A DNA stretch of 46,754 nt from Priapulus caudatus. Its lineage: Eukaryota. This document shows, piece by piece, positions 1 to 10,880 of this stretch; the first letter of the stretch is position 1, and every line of letters starts with the position of its first letter. Both the position numbers and the translations under genes were made by a program. The stretch lies in contig NW_014577078.1 in assembly GCF_000485595.1 (NCBI RefSeq), positions 1,038,654-1,085,407 of the forward strand. Reading direction: 5' to 3'. Below the pieces are notes generated by a model, which saw only the letters and a program-made list of their open reading frames with translations, made no database searches and was not told the DNA's origin.

Positions 1-78
1 CAGCAGCAGAGCAGCAGCGCGCAGCCAGTCGAGCAGCAGCCAGCAGCAATGAGAGAGAGAGCGAGAGCGAGAGAGAGA
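1..78. repeat. Degenerate (CAG)n then (GA)n microsatellite
   Basis: cagcagcagagcagcagc... followed by gagagagaga. Confidence 0.85.
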
Positions 79-747
79 CTTGATAGTATATCGATTCTAT
101 GCTATTTCTGCGATTCTGTTCCGCTGATATCTTTAAATACGATTTCGAAAAGTCTTAGTAGCCACAGGACTACCGTACGCCATTTGGTTATAAAAATAGT
201 AAACTCGTAGAGGTTATTCACACCAGCAACTTAAGATGGGCATGCATCACGACAGTTGTACGGCAACATGCTACGTAAACGACGTGAACAAATCGCATAT
301 ACGAGAGAGCTCGCGCGTGTAGGCGCACCTGAGTGGAAAACTTTGCAACTTTCTTTTGCTGCGACTCGCTGCTGCGGCTCACGCTATTCAGAGCTAGCCA
401 GCGGGCCACAGGTGATGGCCGGTGCTCGTCATTCCACGAGGGGCGAGGGGTTCATTGGCACAGATCATCGCTGTATGTGTGGCAGCGCAAACGCAAAAAC
501 AGGTTTCCTGCCGCGCAGTCTGCACCACACGAGTCGCATGTCACGAAAGCTCTTCCTCTGGCCTACTGCTAATTTCGGCTGGTAATAGACGCGGCCGGCG
601 TCCGAGGTACACGTGGTCGTTTGCACGACAGTCGCTTGCGACAGATTCCAAAAGGTTCCTACGTCTCAAGTTCTCAACCCCACACGCGACGATCCACCCT
701 ATTGCCCTACAGAGTCAGTGCAGTCTAGTCAGGTCGCTGCGCACTTA

Positions 748-1015
748 TGCTGCGTTTACACTATCGATTTTTGTCAGCAAATCGTACCGATTTCAAGTGC
801 ATTCCAACACAATCGGCTGAAATTCGATTGTATTGGAGTCGGAGTCGGGCCGAGTTGCACGGAGTTCTATTTCTCCAACTCGGCGAATTGACTCCGACTC
901 CGACTCCAACACAATCGAATTTCTTGGAATGCTCTTTGGTCAAGTCGGGGGCAAGTTGGAATGCACTTGAAATTGGGACGATTTGCTGACAAAAATCGAT
1001 AGTGTAAACGCAGCT
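748..1015. mobile_element. PIF/Harbinger-type MITE
   Basis: ~60-bp near-perfect terminal inverted repeats (TIRs), GCTGCGTTTACACTATCGATTTTTGTCAGCAAATCG...; TTA at 745-747 and 1016-1018; internal inverted repeat (GGAGTC/GACTCC). Confidence 0.85.
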
Positions 1016-1206
1016 TTAAATGTCAAAGTGTACGTAACCCCGTGTTTAGGCAGCTCAAAGCCTATTGCACGATCTTACCTATAAACCAATCAGGTAGCGA
1101 GACTTCTAAAGGTAAAAACACAATTTCTTCGACGTATTTCGATACATGACCGTTTCTTGGCGCTTAAACCTCATGACGCACAGAGATTTAACCTCACAGC
1201 TGCGAC

Positions 1207-1279
1207 TAGCTCTACCGGCGTAGCTCCCTCGCTCCCCACTCCTATAGTGGGAGCGAAGTGGTTACACCGGTAGAGCTAA
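1207..1279. repeat. Short hairpin, possible small foldback remnant
   Basis: AGCTCTACCGG ... CCGGTAGAGCT arms with inner GCTCCC/GGGAGC pairing. Confidence 0.55.
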
Positions 1280-1314
1280 GCCGCGGCAGGCTAGAAGGCA
1301 TGAGGCATACATAT

Positions 1315-1358
1315 CAAGAGTCCATAATAGAGATTCTCTATATATACATGGACTCTTA
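1315..1358. mobile_element. Micro-palindrome of the CAAGAG family (putative P-like footprint, degenerate)
   Basis: CAAGAGTCCAT...ATGGACTCTT(A); closely resembles 14032-14069; AT-rich flanks without a clean TSD. Confidence 0.5.
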
Positions 1359-1642
1359 TATATAATGGACTATATATATATGGAGTTTATGGACGTTTGT
1401 ATGATGTCGATATTAAACCATGCAGTTTCTGATTGAGGTACACATAGCCAGGGCCAGCTTTCCGGCAATGAACTCAATGTTGTGGCATGGACGAGTGATT
1501 CTAAATGCCCCCGTAGCTGAGCTTATACGTGTTAATTTTCCATGACTTATGGGGTCTGTCCAGCGTTGGCTTTATTACTTGGGGATTAACGATGACAAGC
1601 GACTATATTTCATTAATAGGCTTAACCTGATACTGGTATGAT

Positions 1643-1977
1643 CAGGGTTCATAGTAGTAACACACATGTTGAAATAAGGACTTATAAGACCCTTTCTGGA
1701 GGCCAAAATAAGACTTTTTTTACGCGATTTCCGATAGATTACCGACTATTAAAGTACACTAATAATATTTATATACACAATTGCACAGCAGATTTAATTA
1801 TTCCGTATTATATATACAACAATTCTTACTCTAAGTCGAGAACAGTTTATAAAAAAAATAAGAACTATTAAGTACTTTTCTAAGATTTCACCAAAAATAA
1901 GTACTAATAAGGGCCCTTATTTTATTTTTGGCAAAATAAGTACTTATAAGACTTTGGAAGACCCGCTACGAACCCTG
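1643..1977. mobile_element. Non-autonomous TIR element with 5-bp TSD (hAT5-like)
   Basis: CAGGGTTCATAGT ... CGCTACGAACCCTG termini; ATGAT at 1638-1642 and 1978-1982; internal repeated (C)TTATAAGAC/ATAAGTACT motifs. Confidence 0.65.
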
Positions 1978-2233
1978 ATGATGTGAATCTGTCCTAGACT
2001 AGGCAGAAAATAGGTGCACTCTGTCTCAATAGCATTCAGACAACAAACCAGGCTGTAATTAATCGAACAGAGTAGCCATGGTAGGGTGACTTCTCTGGAT
2101 GAAGATGTATATATATATGCGAAGTCTGTAAAATCTCTTGCCAATTACAACTGAATGCAAATTACTAGTGCACCTTTACAAGCAGGATCAGCTCAGGATA
2201 ACGTTAGTATGCAATATGCCACACATTCGGTAA

Positions 2234-2956
2234 TACCCCCGTCACACCGGACGGCGACCATCCGCGACCATCCGCGACCGTACGGCGACCAGAAAATGTA
2301 CAAGGTCGCCGAAAACGCGAACCCACCGCGTTCTTACCGCGTTCCAGGTCAGATCGCCGAACCTTGGCGGATATCTTCTGCAATGATGATGAACACGACA
2401 TACACGCGATGAAGACGACAGACACACTGACGCCATGAAGTCGCCGTTGCAAATGTTACCATTTTCGCAGCGTCTTTGCTGCGCGTGTACGGCGTTTATG
2501 GAGATGTTACGGCGCTTGTACGGCGTTTATGGAGATGTTACGGCGCTTGTACGGCGTTTATGGAGATGTTACGGCGCTTGTACGGCGTTTATGGGCCTTG
2601 TCTCACGACCTCTTGACCCCCGACCGCCGTTCTTCCACCGCGTTCGAGGTCCCAGCATCGCCGACCCTCTGGCGCTCTTCGCCTTTCTCGCAACACTCCC
2701 CTCACACACCACACGCCCCGCCTGCACCCGCCATCCATCTGGCGCCATCCGCATTTGGCGACCATCCGGCGACCACAGCCGGCCGATGTCCTGGCCGCCT
2801 TCTCCCACCCAGCTTCATCACCCCCCCCCGCGCTTAATGGCCGACCTTGGCGCGCTCTCGTCGCCACCCCCCATTCCTTCCGCTCGCCCGTCACCGACAG
2901 CGCAGTAGGAGCGCCGCCCACCCCCCTCGCCCCCCGGCGCGGGCTAGACGGGGGTA
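2234..2956. mobile_element. Harbinger-like MITE with corrupted right half
   Basis: TAA|TACCCCCGTC left end and GACGGGGGTA right end (2947-2956); internal GCGACC repeats. Confidence 0.5.
2487..2594. repeat. 31-bp tandem repeat, ~3.5 copies
   Basis: Exact repeats of GTACGGCGTTTATGGAGATGTTACGGCGCTT. Confidence 0.95.
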
Positions 2957-2999
2957 TACACACAAAGGAAAGTGTTAATGGGGACACTATAGCTCCCAC

Positions 3000-3825
3000 C
3001 AAAAAGCTCACACACCACACTGCAGCGGGTGGCCAACCCCCAAGCCTCACCTCCCTTCTCTCCCTCTCACGCCACACTCACTCACCCCTACCCACTTATA
3101 CTACCCTACTTAAACAAAGTATACTACCGGCCGCAACTAACAACGACACAAACCCCTCCCCGCACTACACACTTACGCATCACGCCCCATTTTCATTTTT
3201 TGCCAAAAACCTCGCGCTCCGCTCCGCGCCCCTCGCCACACGCTCAGGCTCGACCCTGCCGCGCTCGCCTCCCCAACCTAGCGCCCCCCACGCCTCTCAC
3301 ACCCACTCTCCATAGGAGTAATCAACCTGTATGCAGTTTGAAACATGTGGTCAAAGCGGTTTTCTTAAGTTATCGTTGACCGTAGGCCAGACACTGAAAT
3401 GGCATAGTGAAATGGCCAAAATCTACCTAATCTGCACTCACATTTAAAAAATATTCAACAACCCCTAGTGATCATGTTTTGGGGCCCAGTCTCCTCATTC
3501 ATCCTCACATACCAAAAATCGAGCAAAAATCCGTTGCAACCTGCAAGCTCGACTTACATGGCATCCCTCCAATTTTTGCCAAACCAAGTGGGCGTGGCTC
3601 GAAAGTAAGGTTCAACACTGGCGTGCTGCCCAAAATAGGACTTCACATCTCTCCATATGATAACAACTGTCTGCAATTTGAAACTGTGGGTCCCAACGTT
3701 CTACTAAGTATTCGTTGACCGTACGCCAAAACATGATTTGAACGGACGGCGAACTGACGGACGGACGACGACAACGTCACACGGGCAATTAGCTCATCTT
3801 GAGCAGTCAAAGGTGAGCTAAAAAA
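3000..3825. mobile_element. Helentron/HINE (DINE-1-like) element with internal ~310-bp repeats, noisy copy
   Basis: Homologous to 6324-7022; (GACG)n tract and terminal stem TAGCTCATC...GGTGAGCTA. Confidence 0.6.
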
Positions 3826-6323
3826 TATAAAATACAAATTGCAAAATTCTTGAATGTATAAATGACAAGATTGACAAGAAATGAGTGGAACTCTATCGTT
3901 TGTAATCTTTGTAATTAATACTTGAAATCCTTTACATACCACACTGAGACGTCTAAAAAATACAAACCACGAACTACTAACATTTGTAAAAGAATATATA
4001 TATAATGTATACATTCACAAGGCTCGATATTCCGTACTCAAATGCGACTAGGCAATCTATTTTATATGCCAGTAAGTGCCAACCAAACGTCATCTGTACG
4101 CCGAGTAGAACAGCAACATAAATGTAGCGACTTGCTCTTGAATGTTATGTCAATCGGCCTGTCCTGTCCCGCTGACGTGTGGGACTGTAAAGCGAGCAAT
4201 GTCGCTTGGCATTTAACGTCTCTGAATAGGAAAAGACAATTTTCAACGAATTCATAACCGCTCAACTCATATCGAATATGTCTAGGACGCCGGCTCGGTT
4301 GTTTCAGTCCAGGTTACGATTGTTTATTTGAACATTCTGGAACTTCTTTTCAAGACTCTAGGAGAGTGCTGCGCGCCCTGTGGTACCCTACCCTAGCTAT
4401 AGCTTCTCATCTTCACTAGATACACACGGCGCCTGTACGTACACCGTTAACACTTCCAGTCTTCCTGTCTACTATATACGTGTTAAAGCAATTCAGCATT
4501 ATATCCATATATCCTTTTCATTATTGCCACTGCTTTTCTGACTCATTGATAAGCAACCTTATGGGTTCAGCCCGAGGGACTAACTGGAATCATGTAGCTG
4601 TCGCGGTGATAACCACAACACAATGTTACATCAATCAAAGTGTTATTCAAAAGTTAGAAAATCAGGGGCTCCCGTTGCCAGAAACAAAATTAGTCCTTTA
4701 ACAATTATTCATACGCCTTAACTTTGCGTAATGTTTACTCCACACGGGCCCCAGGCTCTTCGACACCAGTACAGTCGAGTCATTGAAATTCGCTTTGCTA
4801 AGCCAACTGTTGTATAAATGTCAAGTCCGAGCTGCAGAGAACGCCTTCACAGAAAACCAATCAGGATTAGGTCAAGACGGTAGAGAACCTTTGGCCGAAA
4901 CTTAATCACTGTACATATAGCCGCAATGTGAGTAGAAAGCCTATACATCAATAAATAAATTACAAACTGGACGCTGTGTAATATCTCGTGAAGCTTGCCC
5001 CTCCCACCCACTAGAACATGATACACAGCATTTCCACAGCACCCGCATCTTAAACATTAATTAAGTAAATACATATATATGCGCAAACTTTCTTCTACAA
5101 GTTGTTATAACGCTATAGGGTACCTATGTCCGCCGAGGGTATGGCGGAACGTACCCCTTGGACGAACACCGTGGTAACTTATCTGGATAATTGGTTAGAT
5201 GCTTAGGGTTGAGGTTATAGCCGCTCCTAGGTTAGGAGTTAAAGGTTAGGGGTTAGGTCTCAGGGGTAAGGCCGTAAGGCGACTCAGCTAGACTCGTTAG
5301 TGGAGTAGGCGAGTCGGTCGCGGCATATTAGATAGTACCAGGGTACGTTTCCGGTATAGATCCGGACGGCGTACCGCAGGTACGTTCCGGCAGTCCTCTG
5401 GGGTGCATAGACACCTCTCAGGCGTTACTAACGACCTAGGCTAGCTAGTTACATATACACGGACCAGACAAGCGCTGCTGGTACTGAGAAAATTCAAACT
5501 CTTAAGCTTACAAGCGAATAAATACTAGGGACAAGTCACGTCGTTTCATGGGGGTTGGCTGAATCTTAGGGGCGAACTAGATGTATATATCTATATGCAG
5601 TTGGTGACAACGAATAAAGCGAGACTCTTTATAGCAGGAACTTTATCGTGAATCAAAGTGATGATGGATGTTTTCCCATAGTTTCTTCATCTATGCGTTA
5701 AACAGTGAACTTAACATGTTGTTCGTTCGTTTACGGAGTCGTTCATTGTCAGGCGATTGACAATGTCATCATGATCAAGATTATATCATCGGTAATAAAT
5801 AGAGATTACGAAGTTTAAAATTTCGAACTTCTCATTTTTACACACTAGGCTGTACAAGCCATACTCAACGGAGGTAAACCAGTCTAAGACCGATGCCACG
5901 ACACCGAAATAGATGGCAGCCGCGAGATGTGAAGACGCTCTATAATTATACACTCCTGATATACATTCACAGCGATGCAGCAGATTCGATCGCATCCAGA
6001 CTATAATATCAATTGTGACGCTGGTGCTGTACCATTCGCTATCCAGGCTATATTCATTGGTTCTAGATTATATGGACTGTGCCATGAAATATGACAACAG
6101 GCTGCTGACGTCGATTGGCAGTCTCAGGAATCCATTGTTTAACCCTCTCTTGAGGGTCAAGAAGAGCACGTACTGCCTCACACGGCAGTGGCAAATCACT
6201 TTCATGGTCCTTTCAATAAATGGAATAGAAATCGGTGGTCATGCAGCGCTGAAACAAGAAAAGTGTTTTACTCTGTCCATTAGGCGCATGTCCTCTAGNN
6301 NNNNNNNNNNNNNNNNNNNNNNN

Positions 6324-7022
6324 ATAGTGAAATTGACAAAATCTACCTAATTTGCATAATTTTTAAACAATATCAAAATTCCTGTGATATGTTTTGTGAC
6401 CAGTCCTTATTCATTCACATACCAAAAATTAGCAAAATCCGTTGAACCTGAACTGACTTGTGGTCATTTCCATTTTTGCCAAAAACTAGGCGTGGCTCGA
6501 AAGTAGGGCAACTGGCGTGCTCCAAAATAGAACGTTCACATCACTCCCATATGAGTAACAACTGTATGCAATTTGAAACATGTGGGTCAAACAGTTCTTA
6601 AGTTATTGTTGACCGTAGGCAGACACTGAAATGCATAGTGAAATTGCCAAAATCTACCTAATTTGCATAATTTAAAAAAATATCAAAACCCCTGTGGTAT
6701 GTTTTGGGGCCAGTCCTTATTCATTCACATACCAAAAATGAGCAAAATCCGTTGAACCTGAACTGACTTATGGTCATTTCCATTTTTGCCAAAAAGTGGG
6801 CGTGGCTCGAAAGTAGGTCAACTGGCGTGCTCCAAAATAGGACGTTCACATCTCTCCCATATGAGTAACAACTGTATGCAATTTGAAACATGTGGGTCCA
6901 ACGGTTCTAAAGTTATCGTTGACCGTAGCCAAAATGTTGATGGACGGACGGACTGACGGACGGACGACGGACAACGTCACATGGCAATAGCTCATCTTGA
7001 CGATGTCAAGGTGAGCTAAAAA
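6324..7022. mobile_element. Helentron/HINE-like element with tandem ~310-bp core units
   Basis: Unit starts at 6324 and 6635; GACGGACGG microsatellite ~6940-6972; terminal hairpin TAGCTCATCTTGAC...GTCAAGGTGAGCTA followed by an A-run. Confidence 0.7.
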
Positions 7023-7823
7023 TAAAACTAAATATTGCAAAAATTCTTGAATGTATAAATGACAAGAGTGACAAAGAAATGAGTGGAACTATCGTTGGTA
7101 ATAATATATTGAAATCACTTTACATACCACACTGAGACGTCATAAAAATACAAACCACGACTTACATAACCATTTGTAAAAGAAAATATATATATATGTA
7201 TACATTCACCCGATATTCGTAACTCAATCGACTAGGCAATCTTATTTTATATGCAGTAAGTGCCACCAAACGTCATCTTACGCCGAGTAGAACAGCACAT
7301 AAATGTAGCGACTTGCTCTTGAATGTATGTCAATGGCCTGTCCTGTCCCGCTGACCTGTGCCACGTGTAAAGCAGCAATGTCGCTTGGCATTTAACGTTC
7401 CTCTTGATAAGGAAAAGACAATTTTCACGAATTCATAACCCTCCTATATCGAATATGTCTAGAGACGCTCGTTGTTTCAGTCCAGGTTACGATTGTTTAT
7501 TTGAACATTCTGGACTTTTTCAAGACTTAGGAGAGTGCTGCGCGTGTGGTACCCTACCCTAGCTATAGCTCTCATCTCACTAGAATACACGCTGCCTGTA
7601 CGTAACACCGTTACACTTCCAGTCTTCCTGTCTACTATATATGTTAAATCAATTCAGATTAATCCTATATCCTTTCATTATTGCCACTGCTTTCTGACTC
7701 ATTGATAAGCAACCTTATGGGTTCAGCCACAGGGACTACTGGAATCAGTGTAGCTGTCGCGGTGATAACCCACACACAATCTTACATCAAAATCAAAAGT
7801 GTTATTCAAAAGTTAGAAATCAG

Positions 7824-7901
7824 GGGTCCGTTGCCAGAAACAAAATTAGTCTTAACATTATTCATTAGCCTTAACTTTGCGATGTTTCTGACAACGGGCC
7901 C
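7824..7901. mobile_element. Short Harbinger-type MITE with CAG TSD (noisy duplicate near 4665-4755)
   Basis: CAG|GGGTCCGTTGCCAGAAACA ... TGTTTCTGACAACGGGCCC|CAG; same family as 24590-24781. Confidence 0.7.
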
Positions 7902-8247
7902 CAGGCTCTCGACACCAGTACAGTCGTAGCACTTGAAATTCGCTTTGCTAAGCCAACTGTTGTATATATGTCAAGACTGCAGAGAACCCTTCACAGAAAA
8001 CCAATCAGCGATTAGGTCAAGACGGTAGAGAACCTTTGGCGGAAAACTAATCACTGTACATATACCGCAATGTAGTAGAAAGCCTATACTCAATAAATAA
8101 ATTACAAATGGACGCTGTAATATACGTGAAAGCTTGCCCCTCCCAACCCACTAGACTATATACAAGATTTCCACACTACCCGCATCTTAAAATTAATTAA
8201 GTAAATACATATATATGCCAAAACTTTCTCTACAAGTTGTTACTAAC

Positions 8248-8531
8248 GCTTATAGGGTCTATGTCCCCCAGGGTACTGCCGGAACGTACCCTGGGTACAC
8301 CGTGGTAACTATCTGATATGGTTAGAGTTAGGGTTAAGGTTATAGGGTTAGGGTTAGGGTTAAGGTTAGGGTTAGGTCTAGGGAGTAGGCGTAGGCGACT
8401 CACTAGACTCGTTAGTGGAGTAGGCGAGGTACGGTCCGGCATATTAGATAGTACCAGGGTACGTTCCGGTATACCGGACCGTACCCAGGGTACGTTCCGG
8501 CAGTACCCTGGGGGACATAGACCCTCTCAGC
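8248..8531. mobile_element. Mutator-like MITE with internal TTAGGG repeats (noisy duplicate near 5111-5423)
   Basis: ~50-bp TIRs (AGGGTCTATGTCCCCCAGGGTACTGCCGGAACGTACCCTGGGTAC); 9-bp direct repeat GTTACTAAC at 8239-8247 and 8532-8540; degenerate (TTAGGG)n ~8320-8385. Confidence 0.75.
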
Positions 8532-9364
8532 GTTACTAACCCCTAGGCTAGCTAGTTACATATACACGACCAGTAAAGCGCTCTGGTACTAGAAAAATCT
8601 CAACTCTTCAGCTTACAAGCGAATAAATAACTAGGGAAAGTCACGTCGATTTCATGGGGGTTGGCTGAATCTAGCGACTAGATGTATATATATATGCATT
8701 GGTGAAACGATAACGGAACTTTTATAGCAGGAACTTTATCGTGATCAAGGTGATGATGGATGTTTTTCCCATAGTTTCTTCATCTATGCGTTAAAAGTGA
8801 ACTTAACATGTTTGTTCGTTCGTTTACGGTCGTTCATTGGTCAGCATTGCAATGTCATCATGATCAAGATGTATTTCATCGTAATAAATAGGATACGAGT
8901 TTTAAAATTTCGAACTTCTCATTTTACACATAGCTGTACAGCATACTCAAGGAGGTAGAACCAGTCTAAGAGCATGCCACGCACAAATAATGCGAGCCGG
9001 AGATGTGAGAGACCTCTATATTATACACTCCTGATATAATCACACGATGCAGCAGATTCGATCGCATCCAGACTATAATCATTGTGACGCTTGTGCTGTA
9101 CGCATTCGGCTATCCAGGCTTATTCATTGGGTTTCTAGATTTATATGGATGTGCCATGAATATGACAACACTGTGACGTCATTGAGGCAGTTCAGGAATC
9201 CATGTTTAACCCTCCTCTTGAGGGTCAAAAGACACGTACTCTTCACACGTCAGTGGAAAGCACATTTCATGGTCCTTTCAATAAAATGATAAAAATGGTA
9301 GGTCATGCAGCGCTGAAACAAAAAAGTTTTTTACTCTGTCCATTAGGCCATGTCCTCAGAAAAT

Positions 9365-9770
9365 GTCTGATATCTGACCTTTCCCCCACTGCCCTCTGAC
9401 CTCCAATTTCGCACTGGTGATGGGTTTCGTGCCCATCACACTATACACCGAATATTAAGAGCATAGGTCGAGCCGTTAAGATTTGTGCCGCAATTCCATA
9501 TTTCCTCCTAAGTTAAGGGGAAAATATTCCCCCTCCGTTTACACACGTTTACACCAAAGGACCTCTTGACCTTTGACCCTTGACTCCCAAATTTGTCATC
9601 CTGAGTCCTTTTCACGATCCCCCCCCCCGACGTCCCGAATATCGTGACCGTACGTCGAGCGGTTAAGATTTGTGCCCAACTGTTGACGGACGGACGGACC
9701 GACGGACGCACGGACGCACGCACGATCATGTGATTCTACAAGCTGCATCTGACTACGTCAGATGAGCTAA
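9365..9770. mobile_element. Second HINE/Helentron-like element (left boundary uncertain)
   Basis: ~187-bp partial repeat (GTCGAGC.GTTAAGATTTGTGCC at ~9467 and ~9654); TGACCTTTGACC motif; (GACG)/(GCAC) tract; terminal hairpin AGCT.CATCTGAC...GTCAGATGAGCT. Confidence 0.6.
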
Positions 9771-9908
9771 TAAATACGAAATCTATTTACTACCAAAGTC
9801 TTAATGTTTCTCTACTCTCTTTCACCTATTATTGCCGACAATTTCCTATAAATGCCGTCCAAATGCTCATCTGCAACACACGCTGGCTGCCGCACGCTAA
9901 TATAATAT

Positions 9909-9970
9909 CAGGAGTAATCATAATCTTCTATTATCTACTCCTGATGATATCAAGAGCTAATAATACCTAG
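9909..9970. mobile_element. Two adjacent micro-elements (CAGGAG...CTCCTG, plus a CAAGAGCTAATAATACCTAG half)
   Basis: ATAATAT|9909-9943|ATGATAT|CAAGAGCTAATAATACCTAG; absent from the opposite arm of the inverted repeat. Confidence 0.65.
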
Positions 9971-10200
9971 AGTGTACAACGGAAAAACAGGAAAATAGTG
10001 CTATTTCATGACATGATTATTCTACTTTGCCTGCGAGTCTAGAATAATTTTATGGTACTGCATTAAGCAGAATTCTTTGCTCTCTAAAACAAGACCAACC
10101 GCTTGTCAATACGATACTCCTAGGCTGAGATATTGGCTCCTAAACCTCCCCTCCCACAGGCATCACAGCGCCTCGAATCCACATCAGTCAGCAATTCCTA

Positions 10201-10503
10201 CACGCCTCTAAGGTTGCTTCGTGAAAGTTCGGTTTTTCCGCCATAACTTTATGAATGAACGGTATTTCGTTTATCATAGGTGACATTCGGGGGCATCGCC
10301 TATGCCCTTATCTCCCATTATCTTTCCTAGCACGGCTAATGCCCGTCATGATGGAGCCGGCAATGTTTTCTTAATTAAGTTTTTACAACGCAGTTGAGAA
10401 TTACTATATGGTGTAGTAAGAGTACCAAATTTGGGCATGTGACATCAATTATCAGCGCTCCAAGCGGTGACGGAAACCGATAGCCGAAATGCTTAGAGGC
10501 GTG
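10201..10503. mobile_element. Possible Tc1/mariner-type MITE at the centre of the inverted repeat
   Basis: TA|CACGCCTCTAAG ... CTTAGAGGCGTG|TA; ends are ambiguous because the flanks are also inverted. Confidence 0.45.
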
Positions 10504-10526
10504 TAGGTTGCTGACTGATGTGGATT

Positions 10527-10880
10527 GGGAGTGTCTATATTCAGGCCGGTACGGGAGATTACGGTACGCATATATTTGCTAATATATTGACTAATCGCGC
10601 GTCAATAAACTCAATATTCACAGAGAGTATAGCTGAGACATGTGTCTATAGGTATCTAGAATATATTATGCAAATGATCTCCCGTACCGGCTTGAAATCA
10701 TATACTCTCTGTGAATATTGAGTTTATTGACGCACGATTAGTCAATATAGCAAATATATGCGCGCGGAAGTGAATTACAGATGATTAAATTTCTAAAATT
10801 CTAGACGCACGATTAGTCAATATATTAGCAAATATATGCGTACCGTAATCTCCCGTACCGGCCTGAATATAGACACTCCC
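10527..10880. mobile_element. Mutator-like MITE, 354 bp
   Basis: ~75-bp TIRs GGGAGTGTCTATATTCAGGCCGGTACGGGAGATTACGG...; perfect 9-bp TSD ATGTGGATT (10518-10526, 10881-10889); empty site visible in the left arm. Confidence 0.9.

Larger units (their letters stand above)
3311..9358 (+). repeat. ~3-kb direct duplication (3311-6298 vs ~6550-9358) across a 25-N gap, probably an assembly artefact
   Basis: Colinear copies differing mostly by single-base indels; the left copy has more insertions; gap at 6299-6323. Confidence 0.8.

Noticed and set aside
218..820. ORFs, and a minus-strand YSDDLC resembling the reverse transcriptase YADD motif (~450-480)
   Set aside because: A stop follows two codons later and no other RT motifs are recognisable
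2435..3379. Long Pro/Ser-rich ORFs (116-186 aa)
   Set aside because: They derive from a tandem repeat and a C-skewed low-quality tract
8318..8390. Chromosome end or telomere fusion site
   Set aside because: Short, degenerate, single orientation, and enclosed by TIRs and a TSD
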